DNA of 64,000 nucleotides from Alphaproteobacteria bacterium (GCA_017480745.1 JAFUSA010000025.1:22122-86121); one strand, 5' to 3'. Positions 18,045-27,145 are shown, counted from the first letter of the stretch. A program made the numbers and translations. The notes: generated by a model from the letters alone, not told the origin.

Positions 18045-18455
18045 ATGCCGCAAAAAATATCTAACCGCCAATTAAGGGTGGGGCAGGAAATTCGCCGCGT
18101 TGTTGCCGAAGCAATAGAGCAGGGTGATGTGCGCAGTCCGGAACTGGCAAATGCTTTTATTACTATAACACAAGTGGTTATGTCACCGGATTTGAAATAT
18201 GCCACGATTTATTTAACAACGCTAAATGACAAGAATTTAGGTTTAGTTTTGGAACAACTTAAAGCAGATAAATGGTTGTTTAAAAAAATTATTGCCGATA
18301 AGTTAAAATTACGCTTTACTCCGGAAGTTAATTTCCGTATGGACGATACTTTTGCCGAGGTGGAGCGGATAGATAAACTCATGCATGATCCTAAGGTTGT
18401 GGCAGATTTAGCTAAGTCGGCGGAAGAAAATAACGAAGAAAACTCGGAAGAATAA
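18045..18455 (+). CDS. rbfA: Ribosome-binding factor A
   Basis: 136 aa, RQLRVGQEIRRVVAEAI...VMSPDLKYATIY, directly after infB. Confidence 0.9.
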   Translation: MPQKISNRQLRVGQEIRRVVAEAIEQGDVRSPELANAFITITQVVMSPDLKYATIYLTTLNDKNLGLVLEQLKADKWLFKKIIADKLKLRFTPEVNFRMDDTFAEVERIDKLMHDPKVVADLAKSAEENNEENSEE

Positions 18456-18525
18456 TATGGAAAATCCTCTCGCAAGAGAGGTTTTTCTGATTTAAGAAGA
18501 TAATTCGGCAAATTTAAAAAATAGT

Positions 18526-18769
18526 TTGACTTCTGTATTTTTTGTGGTATAGTTAAAATCAAGATGAGGTAACTTGTCTGAGGTGTCGAAACCTCTTGTA
18601 TGTTCGTCTTTTATAGACGTTAATTTTCCGGCAATGGTCGGAAGGTTGCAAAATAAAGCATGTGCTAATATGCGACACTATTTAACATACAGTAGTTTCG
18701 AACTTCCGGCCGCCTCAGTAGGCGGTTGTTTTAATGTAATTCAACAACAAACATGAAAGGAAGTTTACT
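18526..18769 (+). promoter_or_regulatory. Promoter plus conserved structured 5' leader of paralog 3
   Basis: TTGACT 18526-18531, N16, TGgTATAGT (-10 at 18548-18553). Hairpins are GAGGT/ACCTC, CGTC/GACG, TTCCG/CGGAA and CCGCC-tcagta-GGCGG (18710-18725) followed by TTGTTTT, then AAAGGAAGTTTACT-ATG. Confidence 0.7.
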
Positions 18770-19417
18770 ATGAGAAACTTTGAAATTAAAAATAATGCTT
18801 CTCTCTCCCTTTGCGGGCGAGGAAGCCAGTATGGTCGTTCTATGATTGAGATGCTTGGCGTGCTTGCCATAATCGGCGTTTTAAGTGTTGGCGGTATCGC
18901 CGGATATTCAAAAGCCATGACCAAATATCGTATCAACAAAACTATTGAGCAAATAACTTTAATTGCCGGAAATGTGCGAGCATTTTTTGCCTCGCAAAGA
19001 AGTTATGAAGGATTAAATAATAGTGATGTTATCAAAAAAGCCAAACTTGTGCCCGAAGAGATGATAGAAGATCGTGGTGAGTATATAGAAATAATAAACG
19101 CTTTTGGAGGCAGTTGTTATTTGGATACTTATGACAACAATAAATCTTTTGGCTTTTCCTGTTATGGAATATCGGAAGAAGCATGTATTGAATTACTTTC
19201 TTTTGATTGGAGTGCTACAAATGCCAACGGAGCTATCTTATGTACGAATAATGGCCCTGAGTATGATTATTATTTACGTTTGCCCATAGATTTAGATAAA
19301 GCCGTAACGTATTGTCATAAAGCTTTTGAAGAAGCGGACTCTGATGATTTGTTTGTTTTGGGATTAACGTTTGATTTAGATAAAAATTCAGATTTATGGA
19401 AGAACACGTATAAATAG
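18770..19417 (+). CDS. Prepilin-like protein, paralog 3 of 7 (22-aa leader peptide)
   Basis: MRNFEIKNNASLSLCGRGSQYG|RSMIEMLGVLAIIGVLSVGGIAGYSKAMTKYRINKTIEQITLIAGNVRAFF. Family motifs KKAKLVPEEM, AFGG and EEACIELLSFDW are present. Confidence 0.78.
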   Translation: MRNFEIKNNASLSLCGRGSQYGRSMIEMLGVLAIIGVLSVGGIAGYSKAMTKYRINKTIEQITLIAGNVRAFFASQRSYEGLNNSDVIKKAKLVPEEMIEDRGEYIEIINAFGGSCYLDTYDNNKSFGFSCYGISEEACIELLSFDWSATNANGAILCTNNGPEYDYYLRLPIDLDKAVTYCHKAFEEADSDDLFVLGLTFDLDKNSDLWKNTYK

Positions 19418-19424
19418 TAGCATT

Positions 19425-19520
19425 CACATATTTACGCCTGATACAACAATACAGATAGACACCGCAACGACTTATTGCGGTGCATCAAATGCTAATACGG
19501 TGAGTTTTGCTTTTCACTAA
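19425..19520 (+). pseudogene. Possible relic of a prepilin-like C-terminus
   Basis: The +1 frame relative to paralog 3 reads HIFTPDTTIQIDTATTYCGASNANTVSFAFH*. This resembles the family C-termini, for example TPADLEIATQYCSDGDDNDIWLYF in paralog 5. Confidence 0.3.
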
Positions 19521-19652
19521 TTGTATCTGTTATCTGTGCGGATATTTATATCATTGAAAATATAATTGAATGCGACAATTATCTTTGCAATCTCTGCAAA
19601 TATTTGCAGCCATATCAATTCCCAATGGCACAGAAATATCCGCTTTTGATAA

Positions 19653-19729
<77 letters not shown>

Positions 19730-19874
19730 ATAATCAACTGGTTGCCTTCTACACTATTTGTTTTTAGATGTCAAGCATTATTTTATAATTTTCACAATTT
19801 TTTATTATTTTATAAAAAAACTCGGCGTATCATAATAATACGCCGTTTCATTTTTTCAATATTAATTAACTTTT

Positions 19875-22340
19875 CTATTCCACCGGTTTAATATGCCATA
19901 TATTTTCAGCATATTCCATAACCGATCGATCGCTTGAAAAATAACCGATACGTGCAGTATTCATAATGGCTTTTTTGGTCCATACATCCGGTTGACGATA
20001 GTCTTCCTCCGCTTGATGAATTGCATTATTGAAAGCTTCTAAATCCGCCAAAATGAAGTAATAATCACTGTTAAGCAAAGAATCAAATATCGGACGGAAC
20101 TGTTGCGGATAGTTATTATCAGCAAACATAGTGGAATTTACGGCATTTAGTATGCGTTTTATATATTCACTGCTTTCATAAATTTCACGTGGGTTATAGG
20201 TGAGCCGTTGCGCACGAATTTCTTCTTCCGTTAAACCGAATAAATAAAAGTTTTCGGCTCCCACAGCTTCACGAATCTCAATATTGGCACCATCGTATGT
20301 GCCAACTGTTAAGGCTCCGTTTAGGGCAAATTTCATATTACTGGTGCCGGAAGCTTCAAAACCTGCCGTAGAAACCTGACAGCTAATATCGGCAGCCGGA
20401 ATCAGATATTCCGCTACTGAAACCTTATAATCGGGAATAAATACCACTTTCAGATATTCATTGGCGCGCTCATCATTATTGATTACATTTGCCACATTAT
20501 TGATTAACTTAATTATTAACTTAGCAAAGGTATAGGATGGAGCGGCTTTTCCGGCAAAGATATACGTTTTGGGCGTTAGAGGGTGAGCATGATTTTGTGT
20601 TATATTCAAATATTCACCGATAATTTGCAAAACAGTCATCAACTGACGTTTATACTCATGAATACGTTTAGCATGCACAATATACATACTTTCCGGATTT
20701 ACCATAATACGAGTGGCTTTATAAACGTGTTGCACCAAACGCTTTTTATTTTCCTGCTTAACTTGACGAAATTGCTGCATAAAATTTTTATCATCGGCAT
20801 AACGTTCAAGATTGCGCAACAAATCTAAGTTTGTAACCCATTCCTTGCCAATTTTATCGGCGATCAAATTGGCTAAACTATTATTGGCATGCACCAACCA
20901 ACGTCGAGGCGTTATACCGTTGGTAACATTGGTAAACTTCTCAGGCCATAACTCATAAAACTCCGGAACCAAAGATTTTTTTACAAGATCTGAGTGCAGT
21001 TTTGCCACACCGTTTACGGAAAATGAACCGACAATGGAAAGATTTGCCATGCGAATAACCTGATTATCGCCTTCACCATCCACAATAGAAACTTTACCCA
21101 ACTTATAAGCATCTTGTCCAAACTTGGAACGAGCAAATTCCATAAAGCGTCGATTAATTTCATAAATAATCTGTAAATGGCGTGGCAAAATACGTCCGAT
21201 AATGCTGCTGTTCCATTTTTCTAAGGCTTCCGGCAACAATGTGTGGTTTGTATATGCAAAAACTTTGGTTACAATATCCCACGAAACATCCCATTCTTGA
21301 TTATACACGTCAATTAATTGACGCATCATCTCAACAATAGCCAATGCCGGATGCGTATCGTTTAGCTGAATACAAACATAATCAGGTAACTTAACAAAAT
21401 CATTGCTTTTTTCTAAGAAACGACGAATAATATCTTGAATTGCACAAGAAACAAAGAAGTATTGCTGTGTCAAGCGCAATTCCTTGCCTGAAACAATATT
21501 ATCCGACGGATATAACACTTTGGAAATTGTTTCTGTTTTAATTTTATCACGAACGGCTTCCATATAACCGCCGCTGTTAAATATATTCAAATCCAATTCT
21601 TCGTCTGTTTTAGCAGAAAACAAGCGCAAATAATTAACGGATTTTCCATTATATCCCACAATCGGAAAATCATACGGAACACCATATAGGTGATTGGTAT
21701 TAACCCAAATATAACCAACCTTTCCATCCGGCTTGGTATACATTTCCACATTACCGCCGATAGGAATGGTTACCGTGCGATCATAGCGGGCAAACTGCCA
21801 TGGAGAATTTTCTTCAAGCCAGCTATCTGCTTGTTCTATTTGATAACCGTTTTCAAACTTTTGTTTAAACAAGCCAAATTGATAGTTTATGCCATAACCG
21901 AAACCCGGAATTGCCTTTGCCGCCATTGAGTCCAAATAATCGGCTGCCAAACGCCCCAAACCACCGTTTCCCAAAGCCGGATCATATTCGGCATCAAAAA
22001 TTTCCTGCAAAGATATATCAGGAAAACCATCAATTTTAATGCTTTTCAAAATGTCATATAAACCTAAGTTATAGAGATTATTTTCCAACGAACGCCCGAT
22101 CAGGTATTCAATAGAAAGATAATAAACGCGTTTTGTTCCTCTATCATTATAGCGCGAAATTGTTTCATACATTTTATCCATTGCAAACTCGCGCACAGCC
22201 AAAGCAACAACCGTAAAAGCTTCCTCCTTTGTTAGCTCGCAGGTTCTTTTGCCGATAAAATACTTGGTATAGTGCTCAATAGATAGTTTCAAACGCGCCT
22301 GATCAACTTGTTTCATAACATCTTTATTATCTTTCACCAC
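19875..22340 (-). CDS. glgP: Glycogen/maltodextrin phosphorylase
   Basis: 821 aa with the PLP-site motif EASGTSNMKFALNGALTVGTYDGANIE and GNGGLGRLAA near the N-terminus. The start codon is uncertain (GTG at 22340 or a downstream ATG). Confidence 0.92.
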   Translation of the reverse strand: MVKDNKDVMKQVDQARLKLSIEHYTKYFIGKRTCELTKEEAFTVVALAVREFAMDKMYETISRYNDRGTKRVYYLSIEYLIGRSLENNLYNLGLYDILKSIKIDGFPDISLQEIFDAEYDPALGNGGLGRLAADYLDSMAAKAIPGFGYGINYQFGLFKQKFENGYQIEQADSWLEENSPWQFARYDRTVTIPIGGNVEMYTKPDGKVGYIWVNTNHLYGVPYDFPIVGYNGKSVNYLRLFSAKTDEELDLNIFNSGGYMEAVRDKIKTETISKVLYPSDNIVSGKELRLTQQYFFVSCAIQDIIRRFLEKSNDFVKLPDYVCIQLNDTHPALAIVEMMRQLIDVYNQEWDVSWDIVTKVFAYTNHTLLPEALEKWNSSIIGRILPRHLQIIYEINRRFMEFARSKFGQDAYKLGKVSIVDGEGDNQVIRMANLSIVGSFSVNGVAKLHSDLVKKSLVPEFYELWPEKFTNVTNGITPRRWLVHANNSLANLIADKIGKEWVTNLDLLRNLERYADDKNFMQQFRQVKQENKKRLVQHVYKATRIMVNPESMYIVHAKRIHEYKRQLMTVLQIIGEYLNITQNHAHPLTPKTYIFAGKAAPSYTFAKLIIKLINNVANVINNDERANEYLKVVFIPDYKVSVAEYLIPAADISCQVSTAGFEASGTSNMKFALNGALTVGTYDGANIEIREAVGAENFYLFGLTEEEIRAQRLTYNPREIYESSEYIKRILNAVNSTMFADNNYPQQFRPIFDSLLNSDYYFILADLEAFNNAIHQAEEDYRQPDVWTKKAIMNTARIGYFSSDRSVMEYAENIWHIKPVE

Positions 22341-22517
22341 AAATCTCCATAAAATTAAACATACTTATTTATACCAAAAACTAAATCAAAATGTTTGAAA
22401 TTTGTTTAATAATATAACAATTATGAAACTTAATTGAAGATAAATTTATACTTATCCTTTAATTTTTTTGCAATTTGTTTTATAAGCATTGAAGGTTATT
22501 GAAAAGAGAGATTAAAA

Positions 22518-23885
22518 ATGAAGAATACTAAAATGAAACTTATATCAACGGTAATTTTGGCTTTGTTACTAAGCAATAACGCTATGGCGGAAACTATTTT
22601 TGAAGCAATGACCGATGCGTATAATACCAATCCGACATTACACAGACAAAGAGCCGTAAGCGGAGCGACAAATGAAGATGCAGCGTTGGCACGTTCAGGT
22701 TTCAGACCAACGGTGGCCGTTGGTGCTAATTATACCGACAGCCATACAAGAAACACGGGTAATCCCACGGTTGACGGTTATAGCAAAGGATATCGTGGCA
22801 CGGTAAAACAATCTGTTTTCAGCGGTTTTCAAACATATAATGCAGTTAAAGCGGCAGACAACAACGCCAAGGCCGGCATAGATAATTTATACGAAGTGGA
22901 ACAACAAATTCTGTTGGCCGCATCGTCGGCTTATTTAGATGTGGTTCGCGATGAAGCGATTGTTGAATTGCAAAAAAATAACGAAAAGTTGCTCAAAAAA
23001 CAACTTGATGAAACTATGGCGCGTTTTGATGTGGGAGAAGTAACTCGCACCGATGTGGCTCAGTCACGTGCCAGCTATGCGCAAGCACAGTCAGATTTAA
23101 TTTCTGCTGAGGGAAATTTGGCAATTTCGCGCGAAAATTATATGCAAATTGTCGGCAAAGAAGCTGAGAATGTAGCTTTTCCGGAAAATTTACAAAATTT
23201 ATTTCCTCAACAATTTGCTGATGCTATGGACTATGCCAAAGCAAACAATTATGCTTTGCATGCGGCAAAAAAATCTCTTAAAGCGGCAAAATATGGCGTA
23301 AAAAGCCAAGAAGGCGCTTTGTTGCCGGAAGTGAGTTTCACGGCTTCAACCGGTAAAACTCAGGTAGGATCTCATAATTTGCCCAAAGATCCGGCAACTA
23401 CCAGTACTGAATATGTTATGGAAGTAAGTATGCCGTTATATGCAGGTGGGGCAACTCGTGCCAATATCCGTAAAAGCAAATATCAACGTTGGCAAGCCGA
23501 GGAGGGGTTGCGTGAGGCCGAACGAGCTGTTGTTGCTAATGTTACCGACAACTGGGAATTAATGCAAACGAGTAAGTCCAATATTTCATCTATTAAAGAG
23601 CAGGTAAAAGCTTCGGCTATTGCTTTGGAAGGCACACAAAAAGAAGAAGCTCTCGGCAATCGTACGGTGTTAGATGTTTTGAATGCGTATCAAACTTTGT
23701 TGGCCTCCCAAGTTAGCGAAGTTACGGCAAGGCATGATTATTATCTTTCCGGTTTGCAGCTCTTGCAAACTATGGGAAAATTAACGGCTAAACAGTTGAA
23801 CTTAAATGTTAAATATTATAATGCCGAACAGCATTATCAAGATACCAAAGGCAAATGGTTAAGCTTGTCTATTGATAAGGATTAG
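22518..23885 (+). CDS. tolC: TolC-family outer membrane efflux protein
   Basis: 455 aa with a signal peptide (MKLISTVILALLLSNNAMA) and two repeated coiled-coil/barrel halves (...ARFDVGEVTRTDVAQSRA... and ...EEALGNRTVLDVLNAYQ...). Confidence 0.85.
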   Translation: MKNTKMKLISTVILALLLSNNAMAETIFEAMTDAYNTNPTLHRQRAVSGATNEDAALARSGFRPTVAVGANYTDSHTRNTGNPTVDGYSKGYRGTVKQSVFSGFQTYNAVKAADNNAKAGIDNLYEVEQQILLAASSAYLDVVRDEAIVELQKNNEKLLKKQLDETMARFDVGEVTRTDVAQSRASYAQAQSDLISAEGNLAISRENYMQIVGKEAENVAFPENLQNLFPQQFADAMDYAKANNYALHAAKKSLKAAKYGVKSQEGALLPEVSFTASTGKTQVGSHNLPKDPATTSTEYVMEVSMPLYAGGATRANIRKSKYQRWQAEEGLREAERAVVANVTDNWELMQTSKSNISSIKEQVKASAIALEGTQKEEALGNRTVLDVLNAYQTLLASQVSEVTARHDYYLSGLQLLQTMGKLTAKQLNLNVKYYNAEQHYQDTKGKWLSLSIDKD

Positions 23886-23909
23886 TTTGTTCTTGATTTT
23901 GATGAAATC

Positions 23910-23934
23910 GCCGGCGCTTGTGAGGAGCGCCGGC
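23910..23934. terminator. Bidirectional terminator-like hairpin between tolC and paralog 4
   Basis: GCCGGCGCT-tgtgagg-AGCGCCGGC. Confidence 0.6.
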
Positions 23935-23949
23935 AGAGTAAAAAGAGTA

Positions 23950-24816
23950 TCAATCAACCCAATCACGATCTTTCCAGTATTCTGAATTAGGATCTACATC
24001 GAAATAAAAGCATAGCTGTGCATAATCAGGATTGGATTTCATTACTTCTGCACATTTTTCAGTGGCTTTATCTACCGGAATCGGCAGAGATTTAAAGTAA
24101 CGACTAATATCTTCGTCATAAAGATCCACTACAGTAATCTTAGCTTCGGCCCAATCTTGGCTTAACAGTTCAATACAGGCTTCTACATTATCTCCAATGT
24201 AGTAATTAATAAAAAATGCCTGATTATCACCTTCTTTGGATTTATCTTCTGTATATAACTCAACCCCATAGCCAAAAGGATTGGTGATAGACATAATCTT
24301 GCCATCAGTTACGGTAATCATCTCATCAGGGAATATTTTGGCTTTTTTAACTATCGGACAGCCATTGGCAGCCGAGATTAAAAGTCCGTATGGATTAACG
24401 CTGGAATGCCCAGAGCAACCGGGGGCGTCGCAAGTGCCATCACGTCCCGTATTACTGCAACGCACCCCGATATAATTCTTCTGCGGTGCAAAGAAAGAGC
24501 GCACATTGCCGGCAATTAGGGTTATTTGCTCTATTGCTTTATTGATTCTATATTTTTGCATGGCTTTGGAATAGCCGGCTATACCGCCCACCGAAAGAAC
24601 ACCAATTATTGCCAACACACCTAGCATCTCAATCATGCTTCTCCCGTATTGCAGCACATCTGCTTGTATGTTTTTCGCTGGTGTACTGTCTGTGTACACG
24701 GCACTCAAAACAGTCGGCGCATCTGCACCACTCTCCGGAAGAAGTGTAAGACCTGATTGGCTCTCTTTCCCGCAAGGGGCGAGAGAATCATTATTTTTTA
24801 TTTTTAGGTTTATCAT
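23950..24816 (-). CDS. Prepilin-like protein, paralog 4 of 7 (58-aa leader peptide, Cys-rich C-terminal class)
   Basis: MINLKIKNNDSLAPCGKESQSGLTLLPESGADAPTVLSAVYTDSTPAKNIQADVLQYG|RSMIEMLGVLAIIGVLSVGGIAGYSKAMQKYRINKAIEQI. The block KKAKIFPDEMITVTDGKIMSITNPFG is shared with paralogs 5 and 7. Confidence 0.78.
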   Translation of the reverse strand: MINLKIKNNDSLAPCGKESQSGLTLLPESGADAPTVLSAVYTDSTPAKNIQADVLQYGRSMIEMLGVLAIIGVLSVGGIAGYSKAMQKYRINKAIEQITLIAGNVRSFFAPQKNYIGVRCSNTGRDGTCDAPGCSGHSSVNPYGLLISAANGCPIVKKAKIFPDEMITVTDGKIMSITNPFGYGVELYTEDKSKEGDNQAFFINYYIGDNVEACIELLSQDWAEAKITVVDLYDEDISRYFKSLPIPVDKATEKCAEVMKSNPDYAQLCFYFDVDPNSEYWKDRDWVD

Positions 24817-25059
24817 AGTAAACTTCCTTTCACTTAATTAATTGTTTTAACACCAAAATAACCGCCCACTGAGGCGGCCGGAAGCGCAAACTATCTAACA
24901 TGATATAGTGCAGGTTATTTGATTACTCTTATTCACCCACCTTCCAGCCATAGCCGGAAATATTTAACGTCTCTATATGACGCATGTTAGAGAGGCTTGC
25001 GACCCCAGACAAGTTACCTCGTCTTGCTTTTACTATACCATAGAAAAATCAAAAGTCAA
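24817..25059 (-). promoter_or_regulatory. Promoter plus conserved structured 5' leader of paralog 4
   Basis: On the minus strand: TTGACT (25059-25054), N16, TGgTATAGT (-10 at 25037-25032). Hairpins are AGAC/GTCT, GGGGT/GCCTC, CGTC/GACG, TTCCGGC/GCTGGAA and CCGCC-tcagtg-GGCGG (24862-24877), followed by AAAGGAAGTTTACT-ATG. Confidence 0.7.
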
Positions 25060-25099
25060 ACAAAAATTATCAAAAACGAAAAAAAGCAATCAGCGGACA

Positions 25100-25549
25100 T
25101 TAATATTTCCGCATACGTTTACGCGAAGGTTTTTTACCTTCTGTTTTTCCGCCGTCTTTTTTCTTATTTTGCCACATATATTTATCAAATTTAATCTGTT
25201 GCTGTTCATCCAAAATGCCGCGAATCTCCAAATCTTCGGTATGGTGAATTTCTTTAACTTTTTGTTGCAAAGCTTTTATTTGGGAAACAAGTTCATCTAA
25301 TTGCGGCTGATTGCGCTCATAAATTTGCTGAACAAGCATTTTTTGTTCTTTACTTAAATCAATTTCTTTGCTCCAATCTGTTCGCGATTTGTGTTGTTTG
25401 GCAATGTTTTTTATTGCAACATCGCTATCCAACTTTATTTCGGCTTTTTCTATTTTTTCGCCTTTGGTGTGTAAACCACCGCAAATTGCCTCGGTTGGCA
25501 ACAACACCATGGCTATCAATATTGCTGAAAATAAATATTTTAATTGCAT
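25100..25549 (-). CDS. Periplasmic Spy/CpxP-like protein (LTxxQ-type repeats)
   Basis: 149 aa with a signal peptide (MQLKYLFSAILIAMVLLPTEA), helical LSKEQ / LDEQQ motifs and a basic C-terminal tail. Confidence 0.55.
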   Translation of the reverse strand: MQLKYLFSAILIAMVLLPTEAICGGLHTKGEKIEKAEIKLDSDVAIKNIAKQHKSRTDWSKEIDLSKEQKMLVQQIYERNQPQLDELVSQIKALQQKVKEIHHTEDLEIRGILDEQQQIKFDKYMWQNKKKDGGKTEGKKPSRKRMRKY

Positions 25550-25664
25550 AATTTTACTCTCTATTATCTCTGAACAATATCAGCTTAAACTATTTTCAGA
25601 AAAAAATCCATATTTTTGTTGCAAAAGTTATATTTTTTGTTATTTTGGATGAGGAGGATAACTG

Positions 25665-26447
25665 ATGAAACTGTTTTATTGCGGAGATATTGTCGGTCGT
25701 TCCGGCAGAGACGCGGTTATGCAAAACATTAACCGTATAAAAGGTGAATATAAGCCGGATGTTTTGCTGTTGAATGTGGAAAACGCCGCACACGGATTCG
25801 GAGTTACCGCACCTATTTGTCAAGGCTTTTTAGATGCAGGAGCCGATATTTTGGTAACGGGAAATCATTTTTTGAATCAGCAAGATATTGCCCCGTTTCT
25901 TGATAAATGCAAAGTAATTGTGCGACCGGCAAATATTCCGTCGTTTAATCCTGGACATGGATATATTACTTATGAATTGCCTGACGGCAGACAAATTCTG
26001 GTAATTCAACTAATGGGACGTTTGTTTATGGAAGCAGTTGACTGTCCGGTGCAAACAGTTGACAATATTTTGAAAAACTATAACCTTGAAAGAAATATAG
26101 ATACAATTTTTGTAGATATACACGCTGAAGCAACGTCGGAAAAACTATCTCTTGGCTATTATTTAGACGGCAAAGTTTCCTGTGTTGTCGGTACTCATAC
26201 TCATGTTCCAACAGCAGATGCGCGGATTTTACCGCACGGTACCGCATATATTACCGATGTTGGAATGTGTGGAGATTATGATTCTGTTTTGGGTTTTGAA
26301 AAAGATGTGCCTATCAAGCGTTTGCGCCGTAGTTTTATGAATGAACGCCTGACCCCCGCTTCCGGAGCCGGAACAATATATGCCGTTTTTATTGAAACAG
26401 ACGACAAAACCGGACTTGCAAAGCAAATCCGGCAAGTCAAAATTTGA
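25665..26447 (+). CDS. ymdB: YmdB-family metallophosphoesterase (TIGR00282-type 2',3'-cyclic-nucleotide phosphodiesterase)
   Basis: MKLFYCGDIVGRSGRDAV...LLLNVENAAHGFGVT...VTGNH...DIHAEATSEK...VVGTHTHVPTAD are the typical family motifs. Confidence 0.85.
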   Translation: MKLFYCGDIVGRSGRDAVMQNINRIKGEYKPDVLLLNVENAAHGFGVTAPICQGFLDAGADILVTGNHFLNQQDIAPFLDKCKVIVRPANIPSFNPGHGYITYELPDGRQILVIQLMGRLFMEAVDCPVQTVDNILKNYNLERNIDTIFVDIHAEATSEKLSLGYYLDGKVSCVVGTHTHVPTADARILPHGTAYITDVGMCGDYDSVLGFEKDVPIKRLRRSFMNERLTPASGAGTIYAVFIETDDKTGLAKQIRQVKI

Positions 26448-26458
26448 TCAATCAAAAA

Positions 26459-27145
26459 TTATTTTTTTTCATCAGGATCGCGTAAAACATAGCCGCGTCC
26501 CCACACTGTTTCAATATAATTTTTACCACCGGAAGCTTTTTCAAGTTTTTTGCGTAACTTGCAAATAAACACATCAATAATTTTCAACTCCGGCTCATCA
26601 ATACCACCATACAGATGATTCAAGAACTGATCTTTGTTCAACACCGAACCTTTGCGAAGAGAGAGCAACTCCATAATTCCATATTCCTTACCGGTTAAAT
26701 GCAATGTTTTACCTTTAACCGTAACAGTTTGCGTATCCAAATCAATTTCAACATCTCCGGTGGTAATTACCGAATTTGAATGTCCTTTGGAACGACGAAC
26801 AACGGCTTGAATACGCGCTAATAACTCTGCTTTATCAAACGGTTTAGTCAAATAATCATCCGCGCCGTAGCCCAAACCTTTAACTTTTTTATCCGGTTCT
26901 GAAAGTCCGGAAAGAATCAAAACCGGAGTATTGACCTTTGAGTTGCGCAGATTCTTCAAAACCTCATAACCGTTCATATCCGGCAACATCAAATCCAAAA
27001 TAATAATGTCATAGTCATAAAGTTTGGCAATATCCAAACCATCTTCCCCTAAATCGGTTGCATCTACTACCATACCTTCTTTTTTAAGCATGGCTTCAAT
27101 ACTTTGCGAAACCGCATAATCATCTTCGACTAAAAGCACTCTCAT
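26459..27145 (-). CDS. ctrA: Cell-cycle response regulator CtrA (OmpR-type)
   Basis: 228 aa, MRVLLVEDD...[16 protein letters not shown]...[10 protein letters not shown]...[18 protein letters not shown]...[12 protein letters not shown]. The [16 protein letters not shown] recognition-helix region is characteristic of CtrA. Confidence 0.88.
   Translation of the reverse strand: MRVLLVEDDYAVSQSIEAMLKKEGMVVDATDLGEDGLDIAKLYDYDIIILDLMLPDMNGYEVLKNLRNSKVNTPVLILSGLSEPDKKVKGLGYGADDYLTKPFDKAELLARIQAVVRRSKGHSNSVITTGDVEIDLDTQTVTVKGKTLHLTGKEYGIMELLSLRKGSVLNKDQFLNHLYGGIDEPELKIIDVFICKLRKKLEKASGGKNYIETVWGRGYVLRDPDEKK

Noticed and set aside
18574-18756. ORFs lying inside the conserved leaders: 18574-18756, 24977-25300 and 24997-25194
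   Set aside because: They are not conserved as reading frames between the seven leaders, because indels in loops break the frames. The region is better explained as structured RNA.
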